A stretch of 24,056 nt of DNA from Bdellovibrio sp. (lineage in GTDB: Bacteria; Bdellovibrionota; Bdellovibrionia; Bdellovibrionales; Bdellovibrionaceae), in NCBI GenBank assembly GCA_046318155.1, contig JBKCUU010000018.1, positions 1 through 24,056 of the forward strand, in the 5' to 3' direction. Below, one piece after another: positions 17,353-24,056 of the stretch; the first letter of the stretch is position 1, and every line of letters begins with the position of its first letter. A program made the translations under genes and the position numbers. The notes under the pieces were generated by a model. It was not told the origin of the DNA. It did not search any database and saw only the letters and a program-made list of their open reading frames with translations.

Positions 17353-17850
17353 TTAATTCCCTACGACGGTTGCCATTTTGAGTTTAGGAAAACCTGCCAT
17401 TGAGGCCGTGTACATCACTTTGCGAATCATGTCGTAGCTCAAAGAAGAATCTGCTTGAAACAGAACTTTGCCATCTTTGACGGATTGATCGTCGACTTTC
17501 TCTTTTGCAAATTTCTCGAGTTCGCTAAACAGGGGCCTAATGAAGTTGGTGTCACTTGTTTCGAGATCCGTTCTCGCAAACGCACCTTGTTCCAAAGACG
17601 CAATCGTGCGCCCTTCGATAATCAAGGCTGTTTTTGTGAGCGAAACCTTCACCGCTTTGGTGGGGTTTGTCTGCACGTTCGACAACGGAAGGCTAATTCC
17701 TTGCTCGGGATCCACCTGAAAGTCGGCCGTCGAGTACGTCTGTAGCAAGAACACGAGTAAGATCGTAAACATGTCCGTCATGGACGTGATATTCAGAGCG
17801 AATGTCTTGTGCTTTGGCGTATAGTCTACGGCTTTACGACGGTATGCCAT
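17353..17850 (-). CDS. ExbD/TolR family stator subunit (AglS-like), with conserved TM Asp26
   Basis: LNITSMTDMFTILLVFLL TM; FQADSSLSYDMIRKVMYTASMAGF C-domain. Confidence 0.9.
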   Translation of the reverse strand: MAYRRKAVDYTPKHKTFALNITSMTDMFTILLVFLLQTYSTADFQVDPEQGISLPLSNVQTNPTKAVKVSLTKTALIIEGRTIASLEQGAFARTDLETSDTNFIRPLFSELEKFAKEKVDDQSVKDGKVLFQADSSLSYDMIRKVMYTASMAGFPKLKMATVVGN

Positions 17851-17853
17851 CTG

Positions 17854-18414
17854 CTAGCCCTCCATCATGTTCGCAAAAGTAACATCCGGAAACATGTAGT
17901 CTGTTTCGATGTCTTTCTGTTTTGTTGAATCCCAAACAGGAAAGCGCACATCTTTGTCACGCGACTTTCGAGCCTCATCCATGATGTTGACGATTTCTTT
18001 ATAAGAAACGTCACTTGATGGAGAGAGTTCGAGCCGAAAGACCTTTGGATTCTCGGCTTTCACTTTTTGAAGTTGCTTGTGTAAGTTAACAAGATCAAAA
18101 TTGCCGTCGGTTAGAACGGGAATTTGCTCGACGACTCGGTTGCCTTGTTTAGCAACGATCACTTTGATCCCCTCTTTGCGAGACACATCGATTTGAATGG
18201 TCGCTAAGTCTTGCTCTTCTTCTTTCTCGTCTTCTTGCTTTTGAACCGCTTCTTTAACTGCTTGGGGCAGTTCTGTCTCGATCACCATGACCTGCACAAA
18301 GGCGCTGGACAGAAGAAGCACGGGTACGAGCTTCACCATCACCGAGAGAAGAGGAGCTAAGTCCAGATCGAACTCGTAGCTGCTTGAAATTTTGGGTTTG
18401 AACCGTTTTCTCAT
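17854..18414 (-). CDS. ExbD/TolR family stator subunit (AglQ position), atypical TM without Asp
   Basis: LDLAPLLSVMVKLVPVLL TM; LQKVK..P, VSYKEIVNIMDEAR, MFPDV C-domain; GAGGA RBS. Confidence 0.85.
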   Translation of the reverse strand: MRKRFKPKISSSYEFDLDLAPLLSVMVKLVPVLLLSSAFVQVMVIETELPQAVKEAVQKQEDEKEEEQDLATIQIDVSRKEGIKVIVAKQGNRVVEQIPVLTDGNFDLVNLHKQLQKVKAENPKVFRLELSPSSDVSYKEIVNIMDEARKSRDKDVRFPVWDSTKQKDIETDYMFPDVTFANMMEG

Positions 18415-18440
18415 AAATCCTCAATCCGCAGACAAGTTGC

Positions 18441-19163
18441 TTACGAAGCCCGATTAACAGGAGGTGGAGTCGCTTTACTTGCTGCGACCGCGTCCTTGCC
18501 AAGACTGTCAGGAAACACAGTCTGCCGGTTCAAAGTGGGGATATGTGAACCCGTCAAAAGCTCTGTCAACTTGCTGCATTTTTCGGTCAGTTGCTCGATG
18601 AGCTCGTTTTGGCGTGAAACCAAGAACGAGTAAAAGATCATCGCAGGAATCGCAACCACAAGGCCCAGTGCCGTGGTGTACATGGAAACGGCGATCCCAT
18701 TTGCGAGCATGGTTTGTTTCATGGCGGGGTCAGCTTGCGCAACCGCGGCGAATGAAATGATCAGACCGTGGATCGTACCCAAAAGACCCATCAATGTGGC
18801 CACGTTGGCGAGCATTGAAAGGTAGTGGAGGCGGCGAGTGAGGTGAGGCATATTTTCAGACATGGCGATGTCGTGAGCTTGAAAAATGGTGTCATCGTCA
18901 CGGTCTGCTTTTTCGAGAATCGTTTTGAATGAATTTGCCAATGGCTTGCCTTGCATTTGATTGCAAAGAACCAAGGCTTCATCTGTCTTGCGGGCAAGAA
19001 CCAAAGTCTGAATCTTGGTCATGAACTCGTCCGTATTCATTCCGAATTTAAAGTAAAGAACGTTGGCGCGTTCAAAAATCAGAGCCAGTGAGCCAAAGCC
19101 CAGGAGCATGATGCACCATCCAACGAGGCCGGCGTCATTGATGAATTGTAAGAATGAAGTCAT
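18441..19163 (-). CDS. MotA/TolQ/ExbB proton-channel family protein (AglR-like)
   Basis: LIFER after TM1, ANVATLMGLLGTIHGLI, GIAVSMYTTALGLVVAIPA; AGGAG RBS. Confidence 0.92.
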   Translation of the reverse strand: MTSFLQFINDAGLVGWCIMLLGFGSLALIFERANVLYFKFGMNTDEFMTKIQTLVLARKTDEALVLCNQMQGKPLANSFKTILEKADRDDDTIFQAHDIAMSENMPHLTRRLHYLSMLANVATLMGLLGTIHGLIISFAAVAQADPAMKQTMLANGIAVSMYTTALGLVVAIPAMIFYSFLVSRQNELIEQLTEKCSKLTELLTGSHIPTLNRQTVFPDSLGKDAVAASKATPPPVNRAS

Positions 19164-19187
19164 AGTCTTTCTCCTTGTTTCTATTCT

Positions 19188-19781
19188 TTAGTTTTCTTTT
19201 TGAAGGGGCGAGGACTCAGCGACCAAGCGCGAGACCTCGACTGTTCCGATGTCAGTCAAATTCAAAAACTTCACGGCGTAGTGCAGGGCTGTATCGTGAT
19301 GAATTTTGGTTTTTACCAAACGTTTATTCAAGATTTGAGCCGTGCAGTTAAAGGGCGTTTGCAAGCTGCCCGCCTTACGCGCGTGAATTGTGATGATATC
19401 ACCAGGCAAGAACAGTGGGTTTTCGATTAGAATCAAAGCGCCGCCCTCGCTCAAAGACTGAATGCGACCTTTCCACATGCGATTATCATCGTGGACCAAG
19501 CACGGCAAATCAGCGCTGATGCGTTCATGCCCACGTTTCTTAAAAACTTCTGAAGACGGCGACTTCTCGATCAAGCGGCTCATGCGGTCGATCGAAAATT
19601 CGGCCAAGTCAGAAACCATGGTCCATTGCTCCATGTGAGGAGACCAAACAAAGTCAAAATCGAAGAGCAAATTATTTTGCTTCATCTGAACCATAGCCGC
19701 GTAAGTATAAGGACCATATTGGTGCTCACCCTTGATCAGGTGCCACTCATCTGAAGTTGCGATATCTGTGTTTAGAATCAT
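19188..19781 (-). CDS. GYF_2 (DUF4339)-PilZ two-domain protein
   Basis: N-terminal WHL...QYGPY...VWSPHMEQW (GYF_2); C-terminal RGHER (RxxxR), SLSEGG, YAVKF (PilZ). Confidence 0.85.
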   Translation of the reverse strand: MILNTDIATSDEWHLIKGEHQYGPYTYAAMVQMKQNNLLFDFDFVWSPHMEQWTMVSDLAEFSIDRMSRLIEKSPSSEVFKKRGHERISADLPCLVHDDNRMWKGRIQSLSEGGALILIENPLFLPGDIITIHARKAGSLQTPFNCTAQILNKRLVKTKIHHDTALHYAVKFLNLTDIGTVEVSRLVAESSPLQKEN

Positions 19782-19792
19782 TGTCCTACTCC

Positions 19793-20848
19793 TTAGTTTC
19801 TGGGGGCCACCGGGTCATACGCGATCGAGATCGAAGCGCCCGCTTGTGGCACCGAAGCTCCATGGAAGGTCAGAGTCAAAGTCGCAGCATCGTAGGTCCA
19901 TCCGTTGGCTGCATCTTGGGGAATCACGGTCCCATTGACTCGCACCGCGATCGAAGCGATCTGGGGTTCACGACTTAACTTAAACGAGACCGCCAATTTT
20001 TGATTGATGATCGTGTCTGAGATGAGCTGCAAGTTGTCACCGAAGTTACCGCACAGTGATGTTTTTACTCCAGCTGTGAGGTCAGCCAGCTGGTTGTAAC
20101 GAACTCCAACTCGGCGGCCGGCAAATCCATCTGAGAGTTGCAATCGGCAAGCCTCGTCTAAGATCGAAATTGTGTTCACGCTGTGTTTGCCAGCGCCAAC
20201 CAATGTATCAAGAAAGCTCTTGTAAGACGCAACTGGAATCAACCGAGAGTCAGCATAGTTGTTGTTCAAGTAAATGTCGCTCGTAGAAGAAAAATCGTCC
20301 TCGTCGCTCAAGATAATGATGGCAAGAAAAGCACCGGCGCGGCGAAAGCTGGCATTCGGAGCATAGGTTAAGACAGACTGAAAGCTCGAGAACGCGCGCT
20401 CGTCACCATTGCCGTCAATCCCTTGCAGAACGTTGGTGATAAAGACCCCTGACAAGTTCGGGGTGTCTTTTGTCATGATGCGAACTCCAGACGAGGTTTC
20501 GCCGGGGATTCCGTCTCTCAGGAGCCGAAGATTATCGTCGCCCCAGAGCTGTCCAAAAACAGCATCCGAAGTTGTGACGGCCATTTGGAAGTCGTACTTC
20601 AAGGATTGAAAGCGAGAAATGAAGCGGTTCATATTCTGAGCCAGCTGAGTTTGCGAAGTAGCCATGGAACCTGAGTTGTCGACAACCCAAAGGATATCAA
20701 TTTTTTGAGGAACGATTTCAAAATCCGGCGACTGAGAGAAGCTTGCCTCGTCAGGTAAGATCGAGAACGAGCGGTCACCTTTTTCGCATGCGGCGAGAAG
20801 TAATAGGGCCAAGGCCGCTACCACAACTTTGTTCATTATCTGTCTCAT
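19793..20848 (-). CDS. vWA/MIDAS-domain lipoprotein adhesin (CglB-like) with C-terminal beta-sandwich
   Basis: Lipobox LAA-C; IDILWVVDNSGSM (DxSxS MIDAS), AVTTSD, IILSDEDD; beta-rich tail with GWTYD; GGAGGA RBS supports ATG 20848. Confidence 0.85.
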   Translation of the reverse strand: MRQIMNKVVVAALALLLLAACEKGDRSFSILPDEASFSQSPDFEIVPQKIDILWVVDNSGSMATSQTQLAQNMNRFISRFQSLKYDFQMAVTTSDAVFGQLWGDDNLRLLRDGIPGETSSGVRIMTKDTPNLSGVFITNVLQGIDGNGDERAFSSFQSVLTYAPNASFRRAGAFLAIIILSDEDDFSSTSDIYLNNNYADSRLIPVASYKSFLDTLVGAGKHSVNTISILDEACRLQLSDGFAGRRVGVRYNQLADLTAGVKTSLCGNFGDNLQLISDTIINQKLAVSFKLSREPQIASIAVRVNGTVIPQDAANGWTYDAATLTLTFHGASVPQAGASISIAYDPVAPRN

Positions 20849-20915
20849 GAATCCTCCTGCTGAAAACCGAAGTCCCAACGACTCTCGTGTCCTCATCGTA
20901 TCTCCGCACAACCAA

Positions 20916-20943
20916 CATTCGGAAAAACGGGCCAAAGTATTGA
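20916..20943 (-). promoter_or_regulatory. Candidate sigma28-type promoter for the motor operon
   Basis: Minus strand TCAA-N16-TCCGAATG about 68 nt upstream of the first ATG; same TCAA/N16 geometry as the motif at 5671-5698. Confidence 0.45.
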
Positions 20944-21316
20944 GAAGGCTTGGGATTACAAACAACTTCTGGCTCAGTGCAGGCGTAACCGCTTGAAACT
21001 ATTCGATTAGTTTTTTAGAGGCAGTGTTGAAATAAATTGTCGGTGGAAAGAGGTTCGACAATTCGCGCGGAAGAAAGTTTCGCGCACGTTTTGGTGTCTC
21101 AAAAAGTAGGCCGTGAGTGTGCAAGTCTTGATCAAGAATTTGCCGCTTTTCGACCAGCTTTTGGCCAGGGCCTAAGTGTCTGATTTTAGGCGATTATCGC
21201 AAGGGAAGGCGGGGGGCGGCTGGCGCGAGTCTATTCGCGTTGATCGGTACGCTGCCAGCATCATTTGATTAAACTCTAAGGTTCAAAGCTGTGTGGTCTT
21301 CTCTTGCGTCCTTAAG

Positions 21317-22972
21317 CTAGAGTTCCGTCTTGACGGATTCATCCAGAATACGAACGGGTGGGTAAACCGAAAAGTCAAAGAGCCAGCCGCCATCCAAGCC
21401 ATCAAGATCAGGCCCCATGACGAAGAAAGTTTTGTTTGGTGGTGTTGGTGGAGACTCGTAGCCGAGCAGGCGAATCAAAAGCCGGCTGATCTCCTGGTGG
21501 TGCGTATACTCCGGCCACGTGGTAACGTCTTTAAAAAACTCATCTTGATTTGAGCTGTAAAACAAAAAGGGAACGCGGTGAACATACTCGTTCAGCATGA
21601 CGTGGCCCCAGACGCCGTTTTCTCCCAAGGCCTGCCCGTGGTCCGACGTGTAGATGAGATCAAAGGGAATTTGGGAGCGGACTTTCAAATCTTTAATCAA
21701 CTCAGAAATGACCCAGTCTGTGTAGTGAACGCTGTTGTCATAGTGTTTAATCTGACCCACTTCGTAGGAGTCGGCTGTCTCAAGCGCAAACGCCGCTTTG
21801 TCCTTGGGGTAGCGTAAGTTGTAAGGTGAGTGAGAGCCCCGCTGGTGCAAAACGATAAACTGCGGGGTTTCCAAGTTTATTTTCTTGAGCGCATCGATCA
21901 AGATCTCGTCATGAAACGTCAGATCTTCTTCGACCACATCCAGGGGTGCCCCCACTTGCAAATGATCAATGGCCGTCGGGCAAATATAATTGAGGATGTG
22001 CTGAAGCGAAGCCTGAGTCTGAGCGCTGATATAGTGAGTCCCAAAGCCATTGTTTTGAGCCAGCGCAAAGAGGCATCGCTTTTGACTAATAATGACGGGA
22101 GCCGCCTCAAAACCTTGATGGTTGTTAAAAAACATCGGCACCGACACGTCGGTCGAGACGCCTCCAGAAAAAGCCTTGCGGTAAACCAAATGATTTTCTT
22201 TTGCGATCTGATCGAGGTGCGGAGTCGTTGGGCGCTGGTAGCCAAAGAGGCTCAGGTTATGATAGCGCAACGATTCACCCATAATCAAAACGACATGGCG
22301 CTGCGGGCGTGAAGATTGAACCTTGAGCGCCTCGAGATGAACCGTCTGTTCACGGTGGCTCAGCTTATAAGGTAAAATTTTGCCGGCAAAATAAGAGAAG
22401 CTGGCATAGATGTTTGAAAACCCCAGGTTGTGCACGGCTGGTTGTTTGCCATAGGTGTTGCCCGATACAAAAGTTCGGATTGGTGGGTAAACAAGGGCAA
22501 CGATCAACACCCATTTCATCCATGGAACAAAATGGGTACGAGGCTTTGCTTGATAGAGAGCAAATTTAATCAAGGCCACCTGGGCGGCAAACAGTACGAT
22601 GGGAAACACAATGCGGCCGACAAAGCTGCGAGCTGTTTCAAAAACTTCACCCAAGTTGGTTAAAAACAAGTACATCGCATTGGGATGGATAAAAGTTCCA
22701 AAGTAACTGAGGTGCAGCCACTGCAAAAGGCCTAAAAAACAGATGGTGACAACCGCCGCAAAAAAGCCCTTCGGTTTGAGTGCCAGTGCGAGCAAAAACA
22801 AAAGTCCGGCAGTTTCGACAATTGAAAATCCAGGCCGAGGAAATCGGCCTAAAATATCGCGGTAAGCAAAGAAGGAGACTTCAAATGCATAAATGATGAG
22901 GGCTAAAGCCAGGCAGACGGTCATTGTAAAACCCAGAGAAAGCGCCGCTTGCCTTTGTCTTGCGGTTATCAT
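21317..22972 (-). CDS. Phosphoethanolamine transferase (EptA/sulfatase superfamily)
   Basis: N-terminal TM domain; VLIMGESLR, GGVSTDVSVP (catalytic Thr), HQRGSHSPY, YDNSV, SDHG, GH motifs. Confidence 0.88.
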   Translation of the reverse strand: MITARQRQAALSLGFTMTVCLALALIIYAFEVSFFAYRDILGRFPRPGFSIVETAGLLFLLALALKPKGFFAAVVTICFLGLLQWLHLSYFGTFIHPNAMYLFLTNLGEVFETARSFVGRIVFPIVLFAAQVALIKFALYQAKPRTHFVPWMKWVLIVALVYPPIRTFVSGNTYGKQPAVHNLGFSNIYASFSYFAGKILPYKLSHREQTVHLEALKVQSSRPQRHVVLIMGESLRYHNLSLFGYQRPTTPHLDQIAKENHLVYRKAFSGGVSTDVSVPMFFNNHQGFEAAPVIISQKRCLFALAQNNGFGTHYISAQTQASLQHILNYICPTAIDHLQVGAPLDVVEEDLTFHDEILIDALKKINLETPQFIVLHQRGSHSPYNLRYPKDKAAFALETADSYEVGQIKHYDNSVHYTDWVISELIKDLKVRSQIPFDLIYTSDHGQALGENGVWGHVMLNEYVHRVPFLFYSSNQDEFFKDVTTWPEYTHHQEISRLLIRLLGYESPPTPPNKTFFVMGPDLDGLDGGWLFDFSVYPPVRILDESVKTEL

Positions 22973-23859
22973 TTGAGCAATTCACTCACGTCTTGGGCCA
23001 GCTGCTCAGGCGTACGAAGCATAGAGCTCCAGCGCTCCGGGTGATCTTTTAGTTCTTGTGGAAAGGGAAGCTTGGGGGTGTTGATGTCAAAAAGTTCGTA
23101 CTTCATCCCTTCATCAAAAAGATCGCGGCCCGCTTGAATGTTAGCCAAAACCTTTTCTTTGGTGTTATACTTTTCGTTATTGTACTCTTGGTGTGTCCAG
23201 CTTTGTATTTTGTAAATCACATTTTCGAGACCGCCCATATAAGAAAAATGCCAACCACTGTCGGGGATCACCGTAATGTGGGAGCCTTCGGCATCGCGGT
23301 AATTACGCACAGCTTTCATGGTCGTGATTAATTTTTTTTCGAGCATCACCGTTCCGCGCCAGCGACCAAATCCAGCGAAGTTTCGTTGAGCAACGGCTTT
23401 GCCATCGTAGTCATTGATATGAGTGCAAACATAATTCAAAAAGTAATAAGATTGAAACTGCTCGAACACCCGAATGCCTGGTTTATTTTTGTATTCGCGA
23501 ACTTTGCTGGCTAGGGGAATTTCATCCAGGTCCGAAAAAATAATCAGATCATCGGGCGCCGCGTTTTCGAGTCCTTTGAGCACGCCTTCTTTTTGGTGAT
23601 TATCATAATGCCAGGTCGTCACGGGTCGAAACTTTGTCCAAAAAGTCGGGTATTCATCCACAACGATGTGTCTAATTTTGGGAAGAAACTCGCGAAAGCG
23701 CTCTTTGTTTTGCTCAAAGTAAAGGGGCTTTTCTTTTTTTTGAAACGTGCGGGTCGCTTCAACCAAGACAAAGTAATCGACGACGTCATTGAGCTCTCTT
23801 AAACGCAGCTGGAGGAGCTCCATCTCGTTGAAGAAGGCGAAGCAATCATAAACTTTCAT
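22969..23859 (-). CDS. Glycosyltransferase family 17 (GnT-III-like beta-1,4-N-acetylglucosaminyltransferase homolog)
   Basis: KVYDCFAFFNEMELLQLRLREL..VDYFVLVEA, SDLDEIP (DxD), GWHFSY; ATGA overlaps at both ends. Confidence 0.88.
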   Translation of the reverse strand: MKVYDCFAFFNEMELLQLRLRELNDVVDYFVLVEATRTFQKKEKPLYFEQNKERFREFLPKIRHIVVDEYPTFWTKFRPVTTWHYDNHQKEGVLKGLENAAPDDLIIFSDLDEIPLASKVREYKNKPGIRVFEQFQSYYFLNYVCTHINDYDGKAVAQRNFAGFGRWRGTVMLEKKLITTMKAVRNYRDAEGSHITVIPDSGWHFSYMGGLENVIYKIQSWTHQEYNNEKYNTKEKVLANIQAGRDLFDEGMKYELFDINTPKLPFPQELKDHPERWSSMLRTPEQLAQDVSELLK

Positions 23860-24056
23860 GTTTCATCCTTTTTGACTTGGCACCAAAGCTCTTCTTTTTT
23901 GGCATCGGGGAGCGCGGCAAACTCTTCTTTTGAAGCGCCCGAAAGTGCAATCACTTTTTGAAAGCGTATCTCAAAGCGGCGGTTGGCTGTTCGAAGGCAA
24001 GATTCGGGATCTAAACCGACGTGGCGAGCGAGCTGGGCCGTCGCAAAGAGCAAATC
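23856..24056 (-). CDS. mazG: Nucleoside triphosphate pyrophosphohydrolase MazG, C-terminal fragment (truncated by window edge)
   Basis: DLLFATAQLARHVGLDPESCLRTANRRFEIRF...EELW..VK matches the MazG C-terminus. Confidence 0.88.
   Translation of the reverse strand, partial: DLLFATAQLARHVGLDPESCLRTANRRFEIRFQKVIALSGASKEEFAALPDAKKEELWCQVKKDET

Noticed and set aside
17353..19163. Reading tolQ/tolR/tolR as Tol-Pal or TonB iron uptake
   Set aside because: No tolB, pal or TonB-dependent receptor in the window; neighbours are Glt-type TPR, GltF, GltG and barrel genes
20849..20965. Longer ORF-track starts for the vWA gene (20965), and likewise the GltC-like (11030), coiled-coil (8788) and serA (2865) genes
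   Set aside because: RBS positions, signal peptides and gene overlaps support the downstream starts
21107..21144. c-di-GMP-I riboswitch resemblance on the minus strand (GGCAAA-stem-...GGCCTA) upstream of the motor operon
   Set aside because: Loop is GATC rather than GNRA, the GACGCAAA junction is disrupted, no receptor/P3 return strand is visible, and it lies upstream of the candidate promoter; an Infernal search with the c-di-GMP-I model would settle it
1..24056. CRISPR arrays, IS/prophage genes, tRNA/rRNA, or an anti-phage role for mazG
   Set aside because: No repeat-spacer arrays, transposase/integrase ORFs or RNA-gene structures seen; the mazG fragment looks like the ordinary housekeeping type

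Overview
Chromosomal window from a Bdellovibrionota-like (predatory, Bdellovibrio-type) bacterium, judged from gene content. Left (191-8122): a minus-strand operon of class-V aminotransferase, SerA-like dehydrogenase and AbgT transporter, then the housekeeping block lptE-holA-[PilZ]-rpsT/murJ. Centre (8129-20848): an 11-gene minus-strand operon encoding a compact Agl-Glt-type trans-envelope motor (vWA/MIDAS lipoprotein, GYF-PilZ protein, TolQ/AglR, two TolR/ExbD, large TPR, GltF-like, GltG-like TonB-C, OM beta-barrel, GltC-like TPR, secreted coiled-coil). Right (21317-24056): a translationally coupled mazG(partial)-GT17-phosphoethanolamine transferase operon. The most notable signals are a TolR subunit lacking the proton-binding Asp (Ser/Lys instead), a GYF-PilZ gene next to a stator with a PPP tail (possible c-di-GMP clutch), a possible GltD-GltE fusion, sigma28-like promoters, several promoters positioned for leaderless transcripts, and a 16-bp intra-operon hairpin. 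All family assignments come from motif recognition by eye; no searches were run. No rRNA, tRNA, CRISPR or mobile element was seen.
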